The position numbers and the translations under genes are program-made. Source: Anaerolineales bacterium (GTDB taxonomy: Bacteria > Chloroflexota > Anaerolineae > Anaerolineales > E44-bin32). Taken from it: DNA of 55,826 bases. A model generated the notes under the pieces. That model was not told the DNA's origin. It searched no databases and saw nothing but the letters and a program-made list of their open reading frames with translations. Where the stretch lies: the NCBI GenBank assembly GCA_036803025.1, contig DAIRVC010000001.1, positions 1 through 55,826 of the forward strand, in the 5' to 3' direction. This document shows, one piece after another, positions 37,275 through 45,447 of the stretch (positions within the stretch are counted from its first letter, which is position 1; each line of letters starts with the position of its first letter).

Positions 37275-37790
37275 ATGGCGGTGCGGCCGACTTCGCTCGA
37301 GATCTTCACCACTACCCATCATATTACGGGTCAGGTTCATCCGGGGCCGCTGGGCTTGTTCGCTTTTGTCAACCGGCTGACCGAGTCGTCGCTCGAGATC
37401 GAGGCGGCCCACATCCATGCCTTGCACCAGCTGCCGGAGGAGGCCGAGTCGCTGCCCAGCTTGTGGATGGTCAAGGCGGAGATCGCTGCCATGGCGGTCG
37501 GCAGCCGGGGCGAGATCGGCGCGACCGGCGGAGCGCGCGGCGGCTACACCAAGCCTTTTCCGCACCGGGTGCGCATCCTGCTGACCGGCTACGAGATCCG
37601 GGCGCTGGTCGAGAGCGCCGGCAAGCTCGATTTCTCCGGGCTGGTCCTGGAGGGCGAGCGGCTGTTTGTGGCCGCCTATGAGGCCGAGCTGCGTGCGGTG
37701 CTGTTTCCAAGGGTGCAGCTCGCTGCCGGCGGCGTGCTCTTCAACCGGCGCATGGTCCAGGCTATCTCGCTGCAGCGGGGGTCTGGGTGA
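37275..37790 (+). CDS. Hypothetical protein, no family recognised
   Basis: The 171-aa ORF has balanced, non-Arg-rich composition, unlike the antisense ORFs around it, and has its own intergenic spacing. Confidence 0.45.
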   Translation: MAVRPTSLEIFTTTHHITGQVHPGPLGLFAFVNRLTESSLEIEAAHIHALHQLPEEAESLPSLWMVKAEIAAMAVGSRGEIGATGGARGGYTKPFPHRVRILLTGYEIRALVESAGKLDFSGLVLEGERLFVAAYEAELRAVLFPRVQLAAGGVLFNRRMVQAISLQRGSG

Positions 37791-38069
37791 TGGGCGCGCC
37801 GGATGGGGCTGGTCGCGCCAGGCACGCGCCGCAAGGAACGCCCAGCAAGAAGGTGCGAGAGCTGCGGCGGCACTTGGCGGCACGAGGCCCTTGGGCGGCC
37901 GCCCGCCTGGGCATGGGCCCAAGAGAGTGTTCCCGATCGACCGGGGGAGACAGCGCTTGCGAGCGCAGACAGGTGCAATCCAGGCGTGAGCCGGTCGGAC
38001 CCGGCGACCGGGAAAGACGGGACTGGGCCAACGGCATGTGTCAGGAAGGAACGGCGCTGGAGACGAACG

Positions 38070-39788
38070 ATGAAAGAGGGACGTAAGACCAAAGCACAAC
38101 TCGAGGGCGAACTCGCCGAACTGCGCCTGCGGATCCAGGAGATGGAAGCCGCGCAACGCGAGCGCCGCAGGTCGGAGGAGGCACTGCAAGCTTCTGAAAC
38201 CCGATACCGGCGGCTCTTCGAGACGGCCAAGGACGGCATCCTGATCCTTGACGCAGACAGCGGACAGATCATGGACGTCAATCCCTTCCTGGTGGAGATG
38301 TTGGGCTATTCTCACGAGGACTTCCTGAGCAAGGAGCTTTGGGAGATCGGGCCCTTCAAGGATGTTGAGGCGAGCCGGGTGGCCTTTCGAGAGCTGCAGA
38401 GCAGGGAGTACATCCGTTACGAACACCTCCCCCTTGAAACCAGGAGAGGCCGGCCCATAGATGTGGAGTTTGTAAGCAACATCTATCAGATCGATGGCAA
38501 GCGAGTGATTCAATGCAACATCCGCGACATCACTGACCGCGTTCGGCGGGAACGTGAGTTGGAGTCCATCGCCGCGATCGGGGCTGCGCTGCGGACTTCC
38601 CCCACGCGCGGCGACATGCTGCCCGTCATCGTTGACGAGGTGCGCGGCTTGATCCACGCCGAGGGCGCGGCCCTCGTCGCGTACGACACGGCCACGGGCG
38701 AATCAGTCGTTGTGTTGGCAAGGGGGGAATGGACAAGCTGGACAGGGATGCGGCTGCCGCCGGGCCACGAGGTTCTCGGGCACTTGTTCGCCACCGGCCG
38801 GCCTTTCGTCAGCGCTGATGCGCAGACCGACTCGCGGATCACGCAGCCGAGCCTGTTCGGTCCCTTGCGAGGCGTGGTGGGCATGCCGCTCACAGAGCAA
38901 GGACGCACGATTGGTGCACTCTGGATTGGCCGCAAGACCGAGATCGTCCGCAATGAGCTTCGGCTGCTGAACGTCATTGGTGAGATTGCAGCCAATGCGC
39001 TGTTTCGCGCGGAGGTCCTGGAAACCCTGGAATCTCGAGTGGAGGAACGGACGCGTGCGCTGGCTCAGGCAAACGAGCGCCTCAAGGCGCTCGACCGGGT
39101 GAAGGACGAATTCATAGCCAACATCAATCACGAACTCCGCACGCCCTTTACGAACATCAAGCTGTACCTCGGCCTCCTGGAGCGCGGCAGGCCTGACAAG
39201 CGGGTTGTCTATATGCTGACATTGGACCGCGAAGTGGCTCGCCTGGAGAAGATCATCGTAGATCTGCTCGACTTTTCGCGAGTTGATCGAGGCCTGGCCA
39301 AGGTCGAACTTGCCCCGCTGAATGTCAACCAGATCGTGGACTATCTCATCGTCGACCGATCCGCTCTCGCCACCGAGTACGGCCTTACGCTCACGTATGC
39401 GCCTGTGGCGGATCGTCTGCTGGCGCTGGCCAATCCGGTCCTGCTGTCGCAGGTCATCTCCAATCTCCTCGCCAACGCGCTTCAGTACACACCACCCGGC
39501 GGCACAGTGACAGTCTCGACCGCCCTCGCACAGGATCAGGCTCGCGAGTGGGCAATCGTCACGGTGCGCGACACTGGACCAGGCATCTCGGCGGAAGACC
39601 GGCCGCGCTTGTTTGAGCGGTTCTTTCGAGGAGAGGCGGCGCGGAAGGCCATGGCTCCCGGCACCGGCTTGGGATTGGCAATATGCAAGGAGATTGTGGA
39701 GCGGCTCGGTGGTCGCATCACCGTCGACAGCGAGCCGGGTCGAGGTGCGGCCTTCAGTGTGTGGCTTTCGCGCCCCACGGAGCTTTGA
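38070..39788 (+). CDS. PAS/GAF sensor histidine kinase
   Basis: A coiled-coil N-terminus is followed by PAS (YRRLFETAKDGILILD), a GAF-like segment, H-box NHELRTPF and HATPase (LLANALQYT, DTGPGI, GTGLGLAICKEIV). ATG 38070 is preferred over ORF start 37803. Confidence 0.85.
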   Translation: MKEGRKTKAQLEGELAELRLRIQEMEAAQRERRRSEEALQASETRYRRLFETAKDGILILDADSGQIMDVNPFLVEMLGYSHEDFLSKELWEIGPFKDVEASRVAFRELQSREYIRYEHLPLETRRGRPIDVEFVSNIYQIDGKRVIQCNIRDITDRVRRERELESIAAIGAALRTSPTRGDMLPVIVDEVRGLIHAEGAALVAYDTATGESVVVLARGEWTSWTGMRLPPGHEVLGHLFATGRPFVSADAQTDSRITQPSLFGPLRGVVGMPLTEQGRTIGALWIGRKTEIVRNELRLLNVIGEIAANALFRAEVLETLESRVEERTRALAQANERLKALDRVKDEFIANINHELRTPFTNIKLYLGLLERGRPDKRVVYMLTLDREVARLEKIIVDLLDFSRVDRGLAKVELAPLNVNQIVDYLIVDRSALATEYGLTLTYAPVADRLLALANPVLLSQVISNLLANALQYTPPGGTVTVSTALAQDQAREWAIVTVRDTGPGISAEDRPRLFERFFRGEAARKAMAPGTGLGLAICKEIVERLGGRITVDSEPGRGAAFSVWLSRPTEL

Positions 39789-39999
39789 TACTGCAAGGGG
39801 CCGTGGGTGCTGGAGTGTGGCGCCGGCCCCTGGCGATGGAGTAATTGGGCCTCGTCGTCGAGACCAAGCCCCGCCTGACAGCCGCGATCGACCGTGAGAA
39901 CCTTCAGCCGACGACGAATTCGAGAGCCGGGAGCGTTTCGCCTGAGGTGACGGGCGAGGGCCCGCGCGAGAAGGCTGCACCGGGCGGGAGTGTGCTCGA

Positions 40000-40270
40000 G
40001 GCGCCGAACCTTGCCCCGACCGGAACGCCGGCGGAGAATGCCGCCTGGTTCACAAGAACAGGGCATAGGTAGGCAGTCGGGATGGTCGGGCACGACCATG
40101 ATGGTCGACATTTCGGCGGATACCGCTCGTCTCCTGGGTGTGCTATACCGTCTGGTGAAGGCCGGCAACAGTCTGATCGTGGTCGAACACAATCTGGACG
40201 CGGTAAAGGCCGCCGATTGGGTGATCGCACTGGGGCCGAAAGGCGGCGCGGGGATGCGGACCGGCGTGAG
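40000..40270 (+). pseudogene. Degenerate remnant of a UvrA-like ABC ATPase C-terminus
   Basis: ORF 39990.. translates to ...[41 protein letters not shown]. This matches the UvrA C-terminal L..vl..Lvd.GntvvviEHnldvi..aDwiiDlGPeGG block, but the Walker B DEPTTGLH is missing and there is no upstream gene body. Confidence 0.55.
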
Positions 40271-40356
40271 GTCGCCCGGTGTTGGGATCTGGGATTCGTT
40301 CTCCGCTTGACGATCAGGGGGCACGGCTGAGGCTCGTGCGGCTCAAGAAGTTGCCC

Positions 40357-42081
40357 ATGGTTCTGCGCCGATCGGCCTATCTGACTCTAATCGTCGTTGT
40401 TGCGGCGCTGGTCGGGGGCTGCCAGGCCGCCGCACCTTCGCCCACGGCCGCGGCCTCAGCGACCGCAGCGGCGACCTCCGAGCCCACCGCGAGTGAGCCG
40501 GATTCCCCCCATCGGATCGGCATCCGGGTGGTCGGCGGGGTGGGGGAGTTCTACGATCGGCTGACAGGAGAGACGTTCGTCCCGCGCGGCAACAACTACA
40601 TCCGCCTGGGCTCCCAACAGTCGCTCTCCGGCGGGACGATGGTCTACCACTCGACCTTCAACGTCGGCGCCTACGACCCCCTGGCGGCGGAGCAGGCGCT
40701 CAGCCGGATGCAGGACGAAGGCTACAACGTCGTGCGGGTCTTTCTCAACGGCGGTTGCCGCGAGACGTGCATCGGGGATGCCGCCGGCAGGCTGTCGGCT
40801 GCTTACGTCGCCAACGTGGCGGAGTTCCTCCAGAGGGCGAGCGCGCACGAGATCTTCGTCATCTTGACAACGGACGCAGAGCCGGGGACGGCTCACTACA
40901 TCGACCTGCTCGATACGGATTGGAGCGCCAGTTTTGGGGGGACAAACAGCTCCCACCTGCGGCGCGGCGGAATCCTGGTGGGGCGGGCCTTCTGGCAGGA
41001 CCTGATCGCCGCTCTGAGAGAGCAGAACGCGCCGCTGGAGGCGATCTTCGCCTACGAGTTGCGCAACGAGCTCTTCTTCGAGACCAACGCCCCCCCGCTG
41101 AGTCTCTCGAGCGGATCGGTCGTGGCGGGAAGCGGCCGCACGTACGACATGGCCTCCGACGAGGACCGCCAGCGGATGATGGACGAGGGCCTGGTGGCCT
41201 GGATCGATCAGATCCGGGGCGCTATCCTGGAGGTCGACCCGACCGCGCTGGTAACGGTCGGTTTCTTCCCGCCCGACAGCCCGAATCCCTGGCCGAGCGC
41301 GCCACGCTACATCCGGACCGAAGCGGCGATCTGGGAGTCATCGGTCGACTTCCTGGATTTCCACCCCTATCCCGGAGGATACGGGCTCGGGGAGTTGGTC
41401 GAGAACTTCGGTATGGAAGGCCTGCTGCTTCGTCCGGTCATCATGGGCGAGTTCGGCTCCGCCCGGTCGACGTACGCTTCCGCCTCCGCCGCGGCCCGCG
41501 CGCTTCACGACTGGCAAGTGGATTCGTGTCAGTACGGTTTCGACGGCTGGCTGCTGTGGACGTGGGACAGCGATGAGCAGGGGGACTTTTACAACGGACT
41601 TGCCGATGGCGGCCTGATCAACGAGGTGCTCTCCCCGAGGACTCGGCCGGACCCTTGCCGGCCGGGCGACTTCCCCTTCTTCGAGACCAACCTGGCGCTG
41701 GGTGCAACGGCGCGCGCCTCCCGATCATTGCCCGGGAATCCCGCCTCCAATAGCATCAATGGGGTCACCTCCGATTGGTGGGGCGCAGGCGATTTCGCCA
41801 CACAGTGGATCGAGATCGATCTCGGTGAGCCGGTCACGATCGCGCAGATTCGCCTGGTGGTCTCGCAGTCCCCGGCTGGCCGAACGCGCCACACCCTGTT
41901 GGGCGGCGCCGTGGCGGGGGAGCTTGCGGAGCTTCAGGTCTTCGATGGCTCGACATCGGACGGCCAGGTGCTCGAATACCATCCGGCGACGGCGCTCGAA
42001 GGGGTGCGCTACGTCCGTGTGGTGACGACGGTCAGCCCGTCCTGGATCGGTTGGCGGGAGATCGAAATCCTCGCCCCATAG
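40357..42081 (+). CDS. Lipoprotein glycoside hydrolase (GH5-like clan A) with C-terminal F5/8 type C (discoidin/CBM32-like) domain
   Basis: It has lipobox LVGGC, GYNVVRVF, YELRNE (acid/base) and IMGEFG (nucleophile). The C-terminus TQWIEIDLGEPVTIAQIRL...VRYVRV...WREIEI is the discoidin pattern. Confidence 0.6.
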   Translation: MVLRRSAYLTLIVVVAALVGGCQAAAPSPTAAASATAAATSEPTASEPDSPHRIGIRVVGGVGEFYDRLTGETFVPRGNNYIRLGSQQSLSGGTMVYHSTFNVGAYDPLAAEQALSRMQDEGYNVVRVFLNGGCRETCIGDAAGRLSAAYVANVAEFLQRASAHEIFVILTTDAEPGTAHYIDLLDTDWSASFGGTNSSHLRRGGILVGRAFWQDLIAALREQNAPLEAIFAYELRNELFFETNAPPLSLSSGSVVAGSGRTYDMASDEDRQRMMDEGLVAWIDQIRGAILEVDPTALVTVGFFPPDSPNPWPSAPRYIRTEAAIWESSVDFLDFHPYPGGYGLGELVENFGMEGLLLRPVIMGEFGSARSTYASASAAARALHDWQVDSCQYGFDGWLLWTWDSDEQGDFYNGLADGGLINEVLSPRTRPDPCRPGDFPFFETNLALGATARASRSLPGNPASNSINGVTSDWWGAGDFATQWIEIDLGEPVTIAQIRLVVSQSPAGRTRHTLLGGAVAGELAELQVFDGSTSDGQVLEYHPATALEGVRYVRVVTTVSPSWIGWREIEILAP

Positions 42082-42118
42082 GCGGGAGCGCGCCGTCACG
42101 CCCGCGGGAGGGTCTGGC

Positions 42119-42949
42119 ATGTTTGAGCTTCCAGAGGTTGTGACACTTGCCCGACAGGTCAACGAGACCCTGGCTGGAAAGCGTGTCAAAGAAGCAGCGC
42201 TGGGAACCGTGGCTCACAAGTTCGTCTGGTACAACCGCACGCCGGCCGAGTTCGCCGCGCTGGCACGCGGCAAGACGATCGGCCGGGCGTACGCGCGCGG
42301 CAAATGGCTGTTCATCCCGCTCGAGCCGGGCTTCATGCTGCTGTTTGGCGAATTCGGCGGCAGGTTTCTCTATCACGCGCCCGGGGCGGCGCTGCCTGCC
42401 CGGCGCCATCTCCTGCTGACCTTCCACGACGGCTCGTCACTTAGCGAGACTACACTGATGTGGGGGGCGATGGAGCTGCATCGAGCGGGCGAGGAGCGCG
42501 ACCGGAAGTATATCCGGGACATGCGCCCGGCGCCCAACGAACCCGAATTCACCCTGGAATACTTCTCGGCGCTGATCGACGATACCCTGCGCCTCGACAA
42601 GAAGACCGCCAAAGGGCTGCTGACACAGGACCAGCTGATCCCCGGGTTGGGCAATGCCATCGCCCAGGACATCCTCTTCGCCGCCCGGCTTTCGCCGCGC
42701 CATCCGATCGATGAGCTCGACAGGGCCCAGCGGCGGGATCTGTACAGGGCGATCGTGCACACGGTGGCCGAGGTCACCCGCCGAGGTGGACGTTCTGACG
42801 AAGTGGACCTGTACGGCAACCCAGGCGGCTACCAGCGGCTGATGGACAAGCTCGCCGCCGGCCGCCCATGCCCGACCTGCCGGACGAAGATCGTCAAGAT
42901 CCAGTACCTGGGAGGCGCCTGCTACTACTGCCCGCGTTGCCAAGGCTAG
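42119..42949 (+). CDS. Fpg/Nei-family DNA glycosylase homologue lacking the N-terminal Pro2
   Basis: It has MFELPEV (canonical MPELPEV), RGKWLF, the H2TH motif LIPGLGNAIAQDILFAARLSP and the zinc finger CPTC...CYYCPRCQ. Confidence 0.75.
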   Translation: MFELPEVVTLARQVNETLAGKRVKEAALGTVAHKFVWYNRTPAEFAALARGKTIGRAYARGKWLFIPLEPGFMLLFGEFGGRFLYHAPGAALPARRHLLLTFHDGSSLSETTLMWGAMELHRAGEERDRKYIRDMRPAPNEPEFTLEYFSALIDDTLRLDKKTAKGLLTQDQLIPGLGNAIAQDILFAARLSPRHPIDELDRAQRRDLYRAIVHTVAEVTRRGGRSDEVDLYGNPGGYQRLMDKLAAGRPCPTCRTKIVKIQYLGGACYYCPRCQG

Positions 42950-42960
42950 AGCACCCCGGC

Positions 42961-42989
42961 TTGACTCGCGCCGCAGCTGGTGCGATACT
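42961..42989 (+). promoter_or_regulatory. Sigma70-type promoter (TTGACT-17 nt-GATACT) driving the riboswitch leader
   Basis: Hexamers and the 17-nt spacer were read directly, ~20 nt upstream of the riboswitch P1. Confidence 0.55.
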
Positions 42990-43009
42990 CCGCTTACAAC
43001 CGAACCGAT

Positions 43010-43158
43010 AGGGCCGAGGTGGCCGTTTGCCCGGATGCGACGGCCACCCAGGGGAAGCCGGTCACTGCCGCACAACGCGGCCGAAGTCCGGCGCTGTCCC
43101 GCAACTGTAGGGGCGTGGTCAGGTGACCCGCCCGAGCCAGGATACCCGCCTCGGCCCG
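43010..43158 (+). promoter_or_regulatory. Cobalamin (B12) riboswitch
   Basis: P1 is GGCCGAGG (43012-19) / CCTCGGCC (43149-56) and P2 is GGTGGCCG/CGGCCACC. The conserved core reads AGGGGAAGCCGGT ... GAAGTCCGG ... GCTGTCCCGCAACTGTA, and the B12 box reads GAGCCAGGATACCCGCC. Confidence 0.85.
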
Positions 43159-43210
43159 CGACGCGAACACCCTTCGCGGAAAGGAGGTGGCGCATGTCCT
43201 ATCCAACGTG

Positions 43211-43253
43211 GGCCTTCCCCTGACCGTCTCAAGGGAAGGCCTTCCCTTTTCCC
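43211..43253 (+). terminator. Intrinsic terminator (riboswitch expression platform/attenuator)
   Basis: GGCCTTCCC-loop-GGGAAGGCC is followed by TTCCCTTTTCCC. It lies between the aptamer and the first gene of the operon. Confidence 0.65.
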
Positions 43254-43336
43254 GCCAGGCGGGAGGCGCGGCTCCAGGATCCACATCCCTACAACCGCCC
43301 CGGGCGCGAGCCTCCGCCCGGGCGAAGGAGAACGAC

Positions 43337-44377
43337 GTGAAGGTCAAATCCATGCTGGCAGCGCTGGCGGCTGCGGCGCTGATGCTCCCGGGCGCGGCGC
43401 TGGCGCAGTACGACGCACACATCGAACGTGCCGTCGAGTCGTTGCACGATTGGCAGCAAGAGGACGGCGGTTTCACCAACGGATTCGCCGAGGGCAGCAA
43501 CCTCGGGGCCACGGCCGACGCCGTGCTGGCATTGGTCGCGGCAGGCGAGGATCCGGCCGCCTGGTCGCTGAACGGGCACACCCCGATCGATGCGCTGGCG
43601 GCTCAGTTGGGGAACCTGAGCGGGGCGGGCGAGGCGGCCAAGGTGGCGATGGCGGTGACCGCGGCCGGCCTCGATCCGCGCACCTTCGGCCAGACTGACT
43701 TGATCGCACAGGTCGTCAATGGATTCGATCCGGGCAACGGCTTCTTCGGCGGCGGGCCTTTCGACAGCGCCCTGGCCTTGATCGCGCTGGCCGCCGCGGA
43801 CGAGCCGCTGCCGGCTGGCGCGGTCGACGGCCTGCTGGCGGCGCGCCTGGACGACGGCTCATTCTCGTTCACGGGCGACCGGACGCCGGGCGCCGGCGAC
43901 AGCAACACCACCGCGCTGGCGATCCAGGCGCTCGTCGCTTCCGGCGCGGGGGACCAGATCGGCCCGTCAGTCGAAAACTTGCGCCTGACCCAGAACGAGG
44001 ACGGCGGCTGGACCTACCAGAAGCCCAGCCCGTTTGGCGAGGAGACCGACGCCAACTCGACCGCCCTGGCCATTCAGGCGCTGCTGGCTGCCGGCGAAGA
44101 TCTGGCCGCTTGGGGAGATCCGCTGGGAACGCTGCTCGGCCTGCAAGGTCCGAGCGGGGCCTTCTACTTTAATCAAGCCACGGGAACCGACAACGTGCTC
44201 GCCACGCTGCAGGCTATCCCGGCCCTGGCCGGCCTGACCTACGCGGAGGTCGCGGCGCGCGATGGCGATCTCGCCCCTGCCCCGCGGACGACCCCGACAG
44301 GGACGGCGCTGGTCGTCCTGGGAGTCCTGGCTGTCGTGCTGGCTGCCAGCCTGATCATGGCCCGGCGGCGAGGATGA
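43337..44377 (+). CDS. Secreted, C-terminally membrane-anchored alpha/alpha-toroid protein (prenyltransferase/squalene-oxidase-type repeats)
   Basis: GTG 43337 lies 6 nt after GAAGGAG. The signal peptide is MLAALAAAALMLPGAALA. QEDGGF / LDDGSF / NEDGGW / GPSGAF repeats alternate with NSTALAIQAL helices, and the C-terminal helix is LVVLGVLAVVLAASLIM followed by RRRG. Confidence 0.7.
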   Translation: MKVKSMLAALAAAALMLPGAALAQYDAHIERAVESLHDWQQEDGGFTNGFAEGSNLGATADAVLALVAAGEDPAAWSLNGHTPIDALAAQLGNLSGAGEAAKVAMAVTAAGLDPRTFGQTDLIAQVVNGFDPGNGFFGGGPFDSALALIALAAADEPLPAGAVDGLLAARLDDGSFSFTGDRTPGAGDSNTTALAIQALVASGAGDQIGPSVENLRLTQNEDGGWTYQKPSPFGEETDANSTALAIQALLAAGEDLAAWGDPLGTLLGLQGPSGAFYFNQATGTDNVLATLQAIPALAGLTYAEVAARDGDLAPAPRTTPTGTALVVLGVLAVVLAASLIMARRRG

Positions 44378-45447
44378 CTGTGGGCATGCAAGCCGGGAAC
44401 GGAGCGGACCAAGGGCACCCGGTCCGCTCCGCCCTCTCGCCCTCGCGACTGCACCCGGCGGCCTGGATGGCCTGGACGGCCAGCGCCGCGGCGGTCGGGC
44501 TGCTGGTTCGCAATCCCTGGTATCTGGCCATCCTGGGGACGCTGGCGATCGCGTTGCACGCGCGGCTGACGGCGAAGCGGCTGAACTGGCCGCGCCTGCG
44601 CCTCTACCTGAGCCTGGTGGCTTTTCCAGGTCTCCTCAACCTGTTCTTGAGCCGCGTCGGCGACACGGTTCTCCTGCATCTGCCGCTGCGCTGGATCGGC
44701 GGGCCGTATACGCTGGAAGGGCTCCTGTTCGGGCTGTCGGCCGGCGTGCAGATCGCCAGCCTGATGGCCGTCTTCTCCGTCTTCGGCGCGGCCGTCAAGC
44801 CGACCGACATCCTGCGGCGCATGCCGCGCGGGTTGTATCCGGTGGGATTGAGCGCGTCGATCGCGTTGACCGTCGCGCCGCAGGCCAGGCGCTCCTTCGC
44901 CGCGATTCAGGAGGCCCACCAGGTGCGCGGCCGTCAACCGCGCGGGCTGCGCGATCTGCCGGGCATCGTCACCCCGTTGGTCGTCCTCAGCCTGGAGGGG
45001 GCCATGGGACTGGCCGAGGGGATGGTGGCGCGAGGCTGGCAGGGGGACGGGCCGCCACGCGGGCGGGGTTGGCTGGCCGCCGCCGGCTGGCTGCTGCTCT
45101 CAGCCGCAGTGGTCGTCGTGTTGACTCTGCCAGCAGGAGGCCTGGCAGGCATCGGCCTGCTCCTGCTGGCGGTCGCGTTCCTGGCCGGTGGGCGGTCTCG
45201 ACGCCCGGCCGAAGGACGCTATCGCCCCGACGTCTGGCGGGGCGCAGATACCCTGCTGAGCGGCGTGGCGCTGGGCGTGTTGGCGGTCTGCATGTTCCTC
45301 GCCGCTGCTGCGCCGGCTGCCCTGGCGTACTACCCGTACCCGCGTGCCGCCTGGCCGGACTTCGCCGTTGGGGTGGCGCTGGCCGTATTGCTGTTGGGCT
45401 TGCCGCTCTGCTTGCCGGGCACACGAGGCGCGCATGCTGGCGGTTGA
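44374..45447 (+). CDS. ECF-transporter T component (CbiQ/EcfT family) with C-terminal extra TM region
   Basis: The CbiQ-like core includes ...QARRSFAAIQEAHQVRG... and LSLEGAMGLAEGMVARGW. About 110 additional residues with 3-4 hydrophobic helices follow. The ATGA overlaps the upstream stop. Confidence 0.7.
   Translation: MTVGMQAGNGADQGHPVRSALSPSRLHPAAWMAWTASAAAVGLLVRNPWYLAILGTLAIALHARLTAKRLNWPRLRLYLSLVAFPGLLNLFLSRVGDTVLLHLPLRWIGGPYTLEGLLFGLSAGVQIASLMAVFSVFGAAVKPTDILRRMPRGLYPVGLSASIALTVAPQARRSFAAIQEAHQVRGRQPRGLRDLPGIVTPLVVLSLEGAMGLAEGMVARGWQGDGPPRGRGWLAAAGWLLLSAAVVVVLTLPAGGLAGIGLLLLAVAFLAGGRSRRPAEGRYRPDVWRGADTLLSGVALGVLAVCMFLAAAAPAALAYYPYPRAAWPDFAVGVALAVLLLGLPLCLPGTRGAHAGG

Noticed and set aside
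43035-43336. ORF 43035..43223 and the GTG 43187 start of ORF 43187..44377.
   Set aside because: They overlap the riboswitch aptamer and terminator. The GTG at 43187 is fused to the AGGAGG sequence with no spacer. The downstream GTG 43337 has a proper Shine-Dalgarno and begins directly at a signal peptide.
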